Shown here piece after piece: positions 50,944-64,000 of a DNA stretch of 64,000 bases (its first letter is position 1; each line of letters opens with the position of its first letter). The stretch is from Octopus sinensis (lineage: Eukaryota): contig NC_043006.1 in assembly GCF_006345805.1 (NCBI RefSeq), positions 81,592,001 to 81,656,000 on the forward strand. The letters are read 5' to 3'. The translations under genes and the position numbers were made by a program. The notes beneath the pieces are model-generated. The model was not told where the DNA came from, ran no database searches, and saw only the letters and a list, made by a program, of their open reading frames with translations.

Positions 50944-51356
50944 TGACTGTGTGGTAAGTAGTTGCTTCCCAACCCCTATGGTTCCGGGTTCAGTCCCACT
51001 GCGTGGCAACTTGAGCAAGTGCCTTCTACTATAGCCTCGGGCCGACCAAAGCCTAGTGAGTGGATATGGTAGACGGAAACTGAAAGAAGCCCTTCGTATA
51101 TTTGTATATATATATATATATTGTGTGTGTGTTTGTGTGTGTATATGTTTGTGTGTCTGTGTTTGTCCCCCCAATATCGCTTGACAACCGATGGTGGTGT
51201 GTTTACGTCCCCGTAACCTAGCGGTTCGGCAAAAGACACCGATAGAATAAGTATTAGGCTTACAAAGAATAAGTCCCGGTGTCGATTTGCTCGACTAAAG
51301 GCGGTGCTCCAGCATGGCCGCAGTCAAATGACTGAAACAAGTAAAAGAGTAAAAGA
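50944..51356 (+). mobile_element. SINE family A, full length
   Basis: Head to tail homology. Confidence 0.9.
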
Positions 51357-53204
51357 TAAAAGAGATATCATTCTAAATAAAACAACGTTTCTTTTAGTAA
51401 AATGCCGAATGAAATTCACCAATAACAGAGGTAAAAAAAAAACTATTAGAAATATAGATATCAGGTAAAAGATTTTAAATCATTAGATATTAGAAGACGG
51501 TGAAATACACTATTTGGAGTAAAGGAAATAATGCAAAAATTAAACAGAAGTTTCTTACATAGTGTTTTCGTACACACAAGAGTCCCCTGGTGCAAGCTAC
51601 AGTAAATTTCTAAGTTTGATACAAAAGAGCTGTTGTCTATTATGAACAACATCAGCAAAGCAGAGAAAAAGAAAGAGAGAGAGGCAGACAGACAGAGACA
51701 GAGAGAAAGAGAGATGTAGAGAGAGGTGAGATCATAGGAAAAACTACATTTATAATTTCTATTGTAACTATGAAACGGATCACGTATGAAATGAAACAAG
51801 TTTAAAGTAAAGACGACAAAGAGGACCGCCTATGCAGCTGCCAAAGGAAAATAAAAGTTTATTGGCCATAAACAAGTGAACACATTCGCTATGCATCATA
51901 GATACAAAACTTCACTCGAAAGTTCAAAATGATAACCAAGCATAGCGATTACAATCGCTTCTAGCAACAGGTTTTCTAAAGCAAAGACAATACAATAGAG
52001 ACGATAACCCTAAACCTACAACACTGGTACATTGCAACAGTGAATTAGACTCTACAACCCACAATTGCATTGCATGCCTCTAACAACACGCCAAATCAAA
52101 CTTATTCTGTGCTTAGTGTTATACAATTTACGCTGAGTAACATGAGCGGAGCTTTTCACATCATTTAATCTACTGTCGCCACCACTACCACTAAGTAACC
52201 TCAAACACGAAACCAATCAACTTTGTATTATTTTTTTATCAAACTATCGTAGCAATCGATGGAACACCAATTCGAGAAATAAATGAAGCCTAAGTGTAAT
52301 CGATTGAAATGCAAAATATACAAAGATCTTAGACTTCTAAGAAATTAGTTTCGCTTCTCTAACGTTATGAATTTAAATTCAGCTACGATCAGATTTGCCT
52401 TTTAAACCATCAGAGGTATGAATGAAGTGGATACTATGTATGTTATAGAAGCAATTCTGACGATTACAACCCAACAAATGTTATTAGCTTATTCCAGCGT
52501 AAGAAATTTTTATTTGGTGGCATTAGAGAACAGATGTACCTCCTTTCCTCTTGTTAGTGTATATCTAATTTACCATTTAGAAGGAAAGTCATTCAAACAT
52601 GTCAATGTCAGCCAAAATTGTAGCTTTGCGTATCATAAAACAGTACTAATTTAATGCTGTAGAGTGCACGAGGGAGAAACAAAATATAAGAACAACAATT
52701 AAAACACGTTAAATCTAAATCTTTAAAAAAACTTAAAATATACGTTAAGAGATTAACGATAAATTAAATGATTTGTTATCTGCCTTGTCGAAAGGATGCG
52801 GAAGCTCGAGGCACCTCGGTTTTTCATCCCAAGAGATTCAAGTTAAGTGCTATTGATTTTTTCGGATTTCAACATAAAAATAACAATATATATGATTGGC
52901 TTTATCTTATTTTTATTGAGTACGCTTGATTATATTTGCTTTTTAACTTACTGATTCCAATCTCCGAAATTCCTTTTCTAAGCATCTAATCCTCATGGGA
53001 ATTGTGCAAATGTCACACAATCACATGATGATAATCTCAACCTATAAATCACATACCCCTACTTTTGTAAAAGAATACCCACTCGGATTCTCACTCCTTT
53101 GTAAAATAAATCATCCCTGTCTATGTAAATTCCCATACTTAGTGTCTGTCTTTGTATTGTCCCCCTCATTTGTCACCTAGGTGAGGAATAAAAGAAACCG
53201 TTAT

Positions 53205-53217
53205 GGCGTTGTTGTCG

Positions 53218-53266
<49 letters not shown>

Positions 53267-53320
53267 CGTCGTCGTCGTCGTCGTCGTCGTTGTTGTTGTT
53301 GTTGTTGTTGTTGTTGTTAA
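53205..53320. repeat. (GTT)n/(GTC)n microsatellite
   Basis: Direct reading. Confidence 0.95.
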
Positions 53321-53329
53321 GTTGTTAAG

Positions 53330-53530
53330 TTGGCGAGATGGTTGTATTGTTAGCACGTCGGACAAAAATTCTTAGCGGCATTTCATTCAAATTTCACGTT
53401 CCGTGTTCAAATTTTGATGAGGTCAAACTTTGCTTTCTATCCTTTCGGAGTCGATGAAATAAAGCAACAATACTGTGATCGATGTAATCATCTTCACCTT
53501 CTCAAAATTGCTGACCTTTTCCAAAATGAG
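53330..53530 (+). mobile_element. Degenerate SINE family B
   Basis: Decayed head, core and tail. Confidence 0.6.
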
Positions 53531-54277
53531 AAAGAAGTATTCTTCAGAGTAAAGTTGGTGCGCTGTCCGAATCATAGCAGTTACTGTATGTATATGAATC
53601 GAATTAGACGATTAACCGCTTACCTTAAAAGTTGTTGCCTTGTTCCTATACTAGGAACAATTATTATTATTATCTTTCATTTTATTATATTACTATTTGT
53701 TATTGCTGATGTAAGATATTTCCGTGTTAAGACGTATTTTTCGGTCATTTATGTCAGATCTGTTTATTTTTTCTTTCCCCTCACATACATTACACGTATT
53801 GCATTTGCTTTAATGCTATTCTACCTGTTAAAGGGACGGAGAGCTTAATTTTGTTTCTTCCCTCTCTCTGGTCTAAGAGAAGCGTTGTTTTATGCGCTGT
53901 CATTTGCATTTCTGACGTAAAGGCAGGGATACAAATAACTGTTCGACATGATCACGACAACCGTGACAGTAGATAATACTTATCCCCACTAACGGGATAT
54001 ATTTCTTTGGAGACGAGCAAAAAGGTAACGCGAAGGTAATATAAATACAAGTCACTGTATAAATAATGGGTTACATTAATAGTTAACACCAAGCACCCAA
54101 CAGTAAAATATACAAAATATTTACGTAACTTAAAAATACTAGCAGCGACTTGTAACTATAACGAACACGGCTCGTTCTGACGAGGAATCCTTTAGGTGAC
54201 CGTTCGAGTTGCTTGAAATAGCAGCTAAATCTAATTTGAATCATACCTTAATTTAATGAAGAATATATTGGACAATA

Positions 54278-54667
54278 TCTTTATATATAAAAGTAAGGTT
54301 GTGTGTCTATCTACTCCGATTTAGATTCCTAACTACTCCCACATTTTGCGGTGCAGTTTAACCAAAACCGGGTATCTTATAGTCGTGATTCATATCGAGC
54401 CCTTCTGGGTATTAGCGCGCGTCTACGATGAGTCTACGATTTTAAAAATAATTTACCATCATTTTTTTCCATTTTAATGCATTTTTTAAATATAAGGGAA
54501 GTAACTCTCTAAAAATGTCTACGATGAGTCAACGATTTAAAAAAAATTTACCATCATATTTTTTCCATTTTTAATGCATTTTTTGCTATTTTTTGGCTAT
54601 AACTCTCTAAAAATGCTTTATAGTTATTTCCCTTACAAACCCGAGCAACGCCGGGTGATACTGCTAG
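54278..54667 (+). mobile_element. Non-autonomous Helitron
   Basis: A|TCTTTATATATAAAA ... CCCGAGCAACGCCGGG ... CTAG|T; same family as 2339-2851. Confidence 0.82.
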
Positions 54668-54849
54668 TAATCTCTAAAAGACAAGAAGAATGGGTGACAG
54701 TTGGAATATTGGCATACATTTAATCATTTGCTGAGCTGATTCTGAACAATAGCAACAATAGCAACACAGACAACATACCAGAGTTTAGACGTGAATTGGT
54801 TGATACCAAATCAAAAGCAGTCTCTAGTATATATAAATGCTTAATAAAT

Positions 54850-55003
54850 GTGGCTGTGTGGTAAGAAGCTTGCTTCCTAACCGCGTGGTTCCAAGTTCAG
54901 TCCCACTGCGTGAAACTTTGGGCAAGTGCTTTCTACTATGGCCTTGGGCCAACCAAAGCCTTGTGAATCGATTTGGTAGACGGAAACTGAAAGAATCCCG
55001 TTG
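54850..55003 (+). mobile_element. SINE family A, head only
   Basis: Head homology ending at the internal microsatellite. Confidence 0.8.
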
Positions 55004-55517
55004 AATATATATAATATTATATATATATATATATATATAATATATGATCTATATATGAATGCATCACACACATACACTATGTATTATGATGTATGTATGG
55101 TATGTATGTATGTATGTATGTATGTATGTATGTATGTATGTATGTATGTATGTATGTATGAATGTATCTATGCATGTTCTTTTCTGTTCTTAATCATTTA
55201 AATTCTTCCTTTGAAGAAGGATTGGGGTTCTAACAAGATACAAAGTACCATCGTTGGAATGTAGATAACGAAAACTATTTCACATTTTAAACCCAGGAAA
55301 AGTCCTGCATAATTTTGCTGTTCCACTTACATATTTTATTTGTAATGCACGAGTCAGCCAGTTGATATCTTTTTCTGAAAAATCCAGGTTGATCCAGATT
55401 CACAGTTAGGCATTTACTTACAAAACCAAGTGCATCAATCATTATTGGTATAAATGTAAAGTTGTGATCCGGATATAATATGTATGTATGTATTTACACA
55501 CACACACATACACATAT

Positions 55518-55959
55518 AGGCGCAGGAGTGGCTGTGTGGTAAGTAGCTTGCTAACCAACCACATGGTTCCGGGTTCAGTCCCACTGCGTGGCATCTTGGG
55601 CAAGTGTCTTCTGCTATAGCCCCGGGCCGACCAATGCCTTTGTGAGTGGATTTGGTAGACGGAAACTGAAAGAAAGCCTGTCGTATATATGTAATATATA
55701 TATTATATATTATGTGTGTGTGTGTGTGTGGTGTGTGTGCGTGTGTGTGTTTTGGTCTTGTCTGTGTTTGTCCCCCTAGCATTGCTTGACAACCGATGCT
55801 GGTATGTTTACGTCGTCCCCGTCACTTAGCGCTTCGGCCAAAAGGGACCGATAGAATAAGTACTGGGCTTACAAAGAATAAGTCTCGGGGTCGAGTTGCT
55901 CGACTAAAGGCGGTGCTCCAGCATGGCCGCAGTCAAATGACTGAAACAAGTAAAAAGAG
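55518..55959 (+). mobile_element. SINE family A, full length
   Basis: Head to tail homology. Confidence 0.9.
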
Positions 55960-55962
55960 AAA

Positions 55963-55996
<34 letters not shown>

Positions 55997-57369
55997 TGAA
56001 TGTGAGTAAAGTGTACCTGTAAGTACATTCGTTTCGTTAGTTCGTGCGTACGCGCGTGCTTGGCATCGCTCCATTCCTCTTTTTCTGCAAGTGGTTTTCA
56101 CTACTCATTGTCTTCATATCAACTTCGTAGCTAACCCTTCCTCTGAACCCGACATTCGTACACACTTTCCCACGTCTCTTATTTTTTTCTTATTTTTTAT
56201 CAAACATTATTCTACCACGTTCAACTTCTCAACTTCTCATCACTATACAGAAAGTCTTGTGTCTCTGTTTTACATTCATTTGCAATTCAAAACGTTTCAT
56301 CAATGACCCCTTATCTTCTGACAAGTCTATATTTAACGTTTTGCTCCCTCTTTATATCTTTCTTTTTGTCGGTTTGCACTTCACACACAATACAGACACA
56401 CACACACACACCGCACACAAACACACACATATAAACGCATATTTCATCCACATATACACAAACATGCAATCATTCTTATACACAAAAGCAGTCTTAATCT
56501 TATAAACGTATTTACACGAACCATTCACAACACTGATACATACGCTGTACAAAATCTTTATGGCACTCGCTTATGCGGAGATATACATACATTCATTCTC
56601 TCTCACAGTCACATTCATACAGACACTTACCACACACAGACACACACACACATACATACACATAAATATGTACATATATATATGTAAAGTATATATACCA
56701 AATATATACGTTTTTATTATTTTTTTGCAATTTACTTAATCTTCGGTATATTATTGTATTTTAATTTTAATATTTCTATTATATGTAATTTTCTAGATGG
56801 TGTAATTTAATTGTTCATTTTGAATTGATAAAAGGTGTTTGTTTTCTAATTTTTATATATATTATATTATATTTGTGAATTTGATTTCTAAATTGAATTT
56901 TTCCTGTAAGTTAGGAATAATATTCCTCAAATAATAAATAAACTATATATATATATATATATATAATATACATTGTTAATTCAATGTGTAGAAACAATAG
57001 TCAGAGAAGCTTGTGCTTCCAAGCAATCTTTCAGACAAAAATATACAACATGGCTGATCACTAAGAAAGAAAATCGAGAAACGAGGCTCGTTTTATTGCA
57101 TAAGTGGATTTTCAAGAGGTGGTACTGATTTGGGACACTATCGTCCTTCCAAATGTTCTCTTCCCTCCCATCTCTCATTTTGAGGGAGGATCTACTTCCG
57201 AAACGTTGAAAGAATTTCATTTTCTTTTATTGTTTCCCATATAATCAACATTTTCTTTATTTTCTTTTTGTTATTGCTTATACGCTCTTTTCTGCACACA
57301 CACACACACAGACACACACACACACACACACAAACAAATGCATATATATATATGTCTCCGTATATATAA

Positions 57370-57606
57370 GGCGGCGCGCTGGCAGAAACGTTAGCGCGCC
57401 GGGCGAAATGCTTAGCGGTATTTCGTCTGTCGTTACGTTCTGAGTTCAAATTCCGCCGAGATCGACTTTGCCTATCATCCTTCCGGGGTCGATAAATAAA
57501 GTACCAGTTTCGCACTGGGGTCGATGTAATCAACTTAATCCCTTTGTCTGTCCTTGTTTGTCTCCTCTATGTTTAGCCCCTTGTGGGTAGTAAAGAAATA
57601 GGTATG
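57370..57606 (+). mobile_element. SINE family B, full length (tail type 2)
   Basis: Head, core and tail homologous to 10547-10780. Confidence 0.9.
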
Positions 57607-58144
57607 TCTCCGTATGTTTGTGCGTGTGTTTGCATGAGCGCGCATGGATGTCAAACTAAATATTTATATAAAATCCAGCTGTCATTCACAAAGCAATATA
57701 GATCAATAAACATGCACCAAATTTTCTGTATTTTTTATGGTGTCATACAGACATCGCAATCAGACACAGGGACCTTCTCGATTCGCTCCTACTTTGATCT
57801 AGTGACACCGCGGAGATATGACGGACGGAGGGTGAGTTGCTCCAGTAGTCTGGCATTCCTTTCTGACTAAGAACATGAAATTAAACGTGCTGCTCGATTT
57901 ACGACGTGAACTCACAACGCTAGGATCGTAAGCTGAGCACTCTAATCATTAAGTCACACACACACACACACCACGCATATATCCCTGAGGATTCTTTATG
58001 GTTGAGCTTCTATATGCATTTGAAACATCTATTGCAGAACTCCCAAAAATCATAATGGGGAAAGAAGCGTAGGAAATTTAATTTCAGCTTGTGTTTATCC
58101 TTATTTCTCCCACTCCCCCTCTTTCTTTCCTTCCTTCTTTCATC

Positions 58145-58196
<52 letters not shown>

Positions 58197-59527
58197 ACGT
58201 ATGTATGTAACACACAGAGAGATATCCATATATATATATACACTCTTATATATGAATATATATGTATCTACACAATATACAAAATACTCTATGTATCTCG
58301 CTTGTATTCCAAATCTGCGTATGTGTTTGTACGTATGTATGTATGTATGCATGCTTACATGTATGTGTGTTTGTATGTATATATGGATATATGCATGTAT
58401 GTACTCATATCTGTCTGTATGTATGTATCATACTTAACTTGTTCATTTCATCCAAGATCTATTCTGATATACCAGACCTTTGGTGAAGAGCATTTCAGCT
58501 AAGACCATCTCGCCTTTTTATATATCACTGCCGACATTGTCGCTCTAGATCGTTCCGCTGACCTCCTTGAATAGGGAGGAGCGAACCTGTTTTCTCTCGG
58601 TAGTTGTTGTTGCGAAAGAGGTAGTATGGAAGACGTGAGTAAAAGGAATTGCAACAGGCATGTTCATCTCCAGTCTCCAGCTAATCGACGTTTTCGTTTT
58701 CCACATGAAACAGAAAATAAGGCTGGAGAAGAAATGCCTGTCGCAAAGTGTGTTTCATAAAAGATGGAAGTCTATAGCAAGTATGTTGCGAGTGAAAGAA
58801 CCTGTTTAAATGAGAGTGTAAAAACGGAGAAAGCAAAGTCTCCAGTATGAGTATGTGGTTTGTGGGGTCAACCGCGTCCTCCGCTTCATTGTTTGTTAAT
58901 CACTCATTCTCATTTAATTGTATATATTTTAATTGTTTGTTAATTGATACGTTTCGTCTCATTCGATACCCTGACCCCAATGTTTGTTTTATCTGCCTCG
59001 TATCGTTCCCTCTTTTTCTCAACCTTATGGTGAATAAAGAAATACTCTTCGTTTTAGACGGTAGTATGGGATTCAGGAGACATCAACTATTCGTAGCAGC
59101 TTCGAATTGTAGTACATTCCAACTTACTCACGTACGTCTATGTGTCTGAGGAGAAGTGGACGTATATGAGGTTGATGAATTTTTTTCTTCTCTCTGTCTC
59201 GTATGGCTATCCATTTCCTGTGCTTTCAAATATTCACCGATCGTGTCAGCTGTCAGCCATTTTTGCATTATTCGTGAAACAACGTTAAGCTAGGTCGATC
59301 ATCTTGGATATAGAACAAACCAATATCATATCATTGATACTGCATATTAAGGAGAAGAATTATGGACTCATTGCCAAAAATCGAACATAGATTTTATATG
59401 ATCGCGAGCGTTGCAAAGCAGAAAAGAAGCGACCAGTAAGTGTCGTCGACGATATCACGTGTAATCTTTTGGTAGCCGTTTTCTGCTACTTTCTCACTAA
59501 AAATCATACTGTAAGCGCATGAACGTT

Positions 59528-59619
<92 letters not shown>

Positions 59620-59936
59620 ACACACGCACATGCATAGAGAGGAACTCATATGGATTTTCATCGTCAATGTAAAAATTAAATATAAGTCAATGGGCTTATA
59701 TGATATTCAGCAAAAGAAATAAAACGTATACTTCTAACAAAGTTGTTTTGAATAAATCAATGTCATTATTTATATGATGTAAATAAATTATTTATATAGC
59801 GGCGAGAATAAATTGGGAAAATGTCTTATCTTCTTGAGTGCTGTGGGGTTATTTTTTTCTATCACGTTTAAATTTGCAGCTGGTTATTGTTTAACTCCAA
59901 GCCAACTATAAAAGAGCAAAAAATGCCATTTATTTT

Positions 59937-60426
59937 AATGATAATGGCTTCAGATTTTAAGACGAGTCCAGTAAATTTACTAGACGGGTGTGTATCGGTT
60001 GCATAGATCCCCTTGCACCTGACTGGGACTATTTTTAATTCAATTCGATTCAATTTTTATTGGCTCAAAAAGCAAAAGCAAGACCATGTAGGAGGGCAGG
60101 GAGTTATGTACAGGGAGGGTAGTCATACAAAGAGTTCAGGCCATTTCTGGTCAAGAGAGACTTTGAACCGAACGGTCGTCGGCATCTTCACTATCTCGTC
60201 CGGCAGCTTATCCACGGATCCGCAACCCGGACGGAGAAAGCCCCTCTCCTTCGATTGAAATGAAATCGTCGTAGATAGAGCTTTTCAGAGTGACCCCGCA
60301 GCCCACGCTCTGAACAAATGGAAGGCAAAGTCGACCTCGTCGGCATTTGAACGCAGAAGGTAAAACCGAAAGAGACGCCACTAAGCATCTTGTCCGGTGC
60401 GTTCACGATTCCACCAGCTTGTCGCC
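59937..60426 (-). mobile_element. SINE family B split by a CR1 fragment
   Basis: Head and half core 60318-60426, remainder of core and tail 59937-60036. Confidence 0.65.
60037..60317 (-). mobile_element. CR1-like LINE 3' fragment
   Basis: LRGHSEKLYLRRFHFNRRRGAFSVRVADPW..LPDEIVK..FKVSLDQKW matches the CR1 RT C-terminus; short (AATTG)-like tail. Confidence 0.8.
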
Positions 60427-61096
60427 TTAATAATGATAATAACAATAAATAAGTAAATAAATAAATAGATGAATGAAATAAAATTTAAAATATTTTATGC
60501 AGGACTTATTATACAGCGTGTTTGGCTATTGTCGAGATGACACGTTTCGGTTGAGCAACTTGAACAACCGAAGAGAGATTTCATTGGTTCGAAAAGGCTT
60601 CGAAAAGGTTGATTTAATTAATTGCTTAACCGGAGACTAAAAGAACGACAATGTGTACTGCGCAACCGGCAAGTTTTTTTAAATTAACTCACTGTAAAAT
60701 GCAATCATGCGTATCATTCGTTCTCATTAGTGACAGCAATGATAATCTTATTATATTAGAAGTATTTTACATTCTTCTAGAAATAATTCAAACCAAATAC
60801 TGCCGTATTGTATGTATGTGTGTGTGTATGTGTGTGTTTGTGTGTATGTGTGTGCGTGTGTGTGACCGAAAAGGAAAGGTTCAATTGTCTCTAATTGTGA
60901 CTGAGGATGCCTATATTGTTATGAATAAAACTTAAAAACCCATTAAAGCCGCAAGAAAGCACATCTTCATATATCTCTCATTGTGTTCGACGTTTTTTTT
61001 GGGTGTCCTGTACCCATATATGCATATATATATATACAAGTAGAGGTAGGTACGTACATATATGTATATATATGCATATATTTTATTTATTTATTA

Positions 61097-61158
<62 letters not shown>

Positions 61159-61503
61159 CAGTATATGTAAAAAATACAAACTGGGACAAGAACGCAAACA
61201 TTTAGAAGACGATACAAAAAACACGGAGGGACATTCGAAGCCTTCAATCTTCAGTCAAGAACCGGATCATCCTCGCAATTTCGGCTGATTAATCTTGAGA
61301 TTGCTCCGACCTGGCCATCCCCAAAGGAAAATCTAAGCCAAGCGCATTAGATTCCTTGGAAGAAAGCCTCGAATGATCACAAAACAAGGACGGGAACGAA
61401 TAAGAATACAAAAATACGTAAAAACAAAATGATAACACGAATAAGAATACGAAATACGTAAAAACAATAATGATAATAATAATAACAAAAACAGGACGTT
61501 ACA

Positions 61504-61603
61504 NNNNNNNNNNNNNNNNNNNNNNNNNNNNNNNNNNNNNNNNNNNNNNNNNNNNNNNNNNNNNNNNNNNNNNNNNNNNNNNNNNNNNNNNNNNNNNNNN
61601 NNN
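61504..61603. other. Assembly gap (100 N)
   Basis: Run of exactly 100 N. Confidence 0.99.
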
Positions 61604-61691
61604 TACACATATATATATATATACACATATATACATGTATATATACATACATATACACATGCATACATACATACATACATGCATACATACA

Positions 61692-61739
<48 letters not shown>

Positions 61740-61800
61740 ATACATATATATATACATACTTACTTGCAAATGGATGTGTGGCGTTCAATCAAATAATATA

Positions 61801-61845
<45 letters not shown>

Positions 61846-63244
61846 ATATATTATATATATATATATATATGCATGTATTTATATACACATATAAATATAC
61901 ATATATATACACATATATACATATATACATATATATACATTATATATGTATATAATATAATATGTGTGTGTGTGTAAGTATGTATGTATGTATGTACATA
62001 CATGTGTTTATGTGTGTGTATTCTTTATACAATTGTAGCAAAACTGTAAATTAATTACTTGCTCTATAACAATTGTATTTTACATTTAATGTTGACATTG
62101 GGGCTTTTGTACAATGTTGAAACCAAAACAAAAAGCAAAAAAGTGCAAAAGCTATCCTTGTTTCGGCTTCAGTAACTACTATAACACAGCGTATTTTAAG
62201 CCTTTATTGAAACATCTATTTTTCCAACTGAGCTACTAAAATACAATGTTTAATTAGAAAAAAGAAAGTGACATGAATATAAACGAATCTGATATTGGTT
62301 CTGAAAATCCGCCTAAGCGCAACAGTAACTCAATTAGTTATATGTGCAGAAAACTTTAAATAAAAAAAAGCCTTGCCGTATTTAGTCTAAATTTCACATG
62401 TTGAAGATACTTCGTACGTTTAATAGCTTAGATGGATAATAATTACTTGACTGAAAGTAATATATTGCAAAGAGGATGTACAATCTCACTATAACACTGA
62501 TGCATACTTTAAACACCCTGAGAGTATGAAAGGATATTAAATAATTTTGGTTTCGTTGCGAATTGAATTTACGACTTTGATTTGCCGAAATTTCCCCTCA
62601 GAAATCTACGAAAAGAAAAGAAATCAGGAAAATAGACCCATAAAAGAAATTCCGGAAGTAGCAGCTTTTCCGTTATTTTCCAGACACAAAGCTTTATCAA
62701 AAATAAATGGAGAGAGGAAAAACATAATTTTAATATTTCTTAACATTAGAAGTTTTTACTTCCTACACAGATTTCTTTTCCACCATTTCTGTTACTTCAT
62801 AAATTGATTATGTGGCTCGGTAGCTGAATAGGAATTTAGTACGAACTTCGGCTAAATTTACATTCTGCTTTCAAAATGCTGTAATACCGGCTATTGTAAT
62901 CTAACAGAAGACAGAATCTTTTGTAGTAAGAATCTATTCCATTTCTTTCACATTACTTTACAAAAATGCATTCATTTATTGCACGAAGAGATATTCTCCT
63001 AAAAACAGTTACAAGTTTTATATACGCATATAAAAAAGTGTATACACTATATATCGAAAAAGGTTGTTTGTATTTCTCAAATATTTGTCTATAGATTTAA
63101 AATAAACTAAAAACTCAGATGAATATACGCAATTTTTTGTTTAACAAACGCATGCGTATATTTGTGTGCATGTGTGTATCTGTAGGTATGAATCTGTGCA
63201 TGAATCTATTTATGTACGTGTATATATATATGAATGTGTACATG

Positions 63245-63283
<39 letters not shown>

Positions 63284-63439
63284 TATATATATTATATATA
63301 TACACACATACAATAAAAAAAATACACATTCAAAGGTACAAGTCGCGTGTTTGGTGTGGCAGGCTGTTTATCGAAAATACGATGAATACTATCTCCAACT
63401 TTGGAGCCACAACTATCAGCCTTGTTAAATAACTGGTTA

Positions 63440-64000
63440 ATCTTCAGATGAATTAACTGAGGGATCCTTTTATTTACGATCGTAGTGATTTTCGACTGAA
63501 ACTTGAATTTAGCATGCAGATAGTTACTACAATCAACATAGCTGGACACAACATCAGCAGCAACACAATCGAAGAAGAGAACGAAAACAACAGCTTAACA
63601 AGTAAACAAATTCTTTCTAGCTGTAGTTATAGAAGAAACTGTAACTACAAAACTTATTTCTCTTGGTATTATGAATTGAATAATGATCTGTTTAACTGCT
63701 ACGAAAAAGCCAAACAAAATCCTGCCGTTGGATATATGAAATTATTGAAATCATATTGGACGATCTGCATCCAGAATTAAATCATTTTACTGCGAAGCAA
63801 CTACGCTAATGAGCAACATTTGTGGAACATAGAAGGTTAGTAACTAACTTTATTAAGAAATCGAAAATTAACCTTCTTGCTAACTCTATAAACAAAAACG
63901 AAAACGTGAATGATATAAGACTACTACGTGGTTTCGCAGCTAGCGACATTCCAACAGATTCTCTAGTGCCTGCCCGCCAAACTACATTACTGGCTCAAGT
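63440..64000 (+). mobile_element. Possible degraded N-terminal region of an RLE-type (R4/Dong-like) retrotransposon ORF
   Basis: NCYEKAKQNPAVGYMKLLKSYW(fs)DDLHPELNHFTAKQLR resembles the N-terminal domain I associate with these elements; recognition from memory only. Confidence 0.45.

Noticed and set aside
54170-54230. CTGACGAG…GAAA motif
   Set aside because: No stem II or stem III pairing
58656-58740. Imperfect inverted repeat AGGCAT…TCTCCAG / CTGGAGA…ATGCCT
   Set aside because: Too short and interrupted to exceed chance
61225-61345. Minus-strand hammerhead-like motifs beside the gap
   Set aside because: Core or stem III requirements are not met in either candidate alignment

Overview
Eukaryotic, very AT-rich, repeat-saturated non-coding DNA. 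The SINE families and microsatellite density are most consistent with an octopus genome (inference; no database search was possible). I recognise no host protein-coding exon, and nearly all long ORFs in the track are translations of microsatellites. The window holds about 35 copies of three tRNA-headed SINE families, 5'-truncated LINE fragments (CR1/L2-like, RTE, R4/Dong-like), a full-length but dead mariner (46966-48255), a mariner-derived and a hAT-derived MITE, two non-autonomous Helitrons, many micro/minisatellites and a 100-N gap. The most striking signal is three sequence-unrelated, near-perfect foldback (palindromic) elements at ~27.0-27.8, 42.4-42.9 and 46.9-48.6 kb. All sit in or beside (TA)n tracts. 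Each carries in its arms a minimal type I hammerhead ribozyme with a palindromic stem III, oriented outward. Two of them have the compensatory U3-A8 core pair, and one shows a 362-nt circularly permuted repeat. They look like non-autonomous, ribozyme-bearing Penelope-like/retrozyme-like elements. Further single, tandem and decayed hammerhead-like motifs occur nearby.
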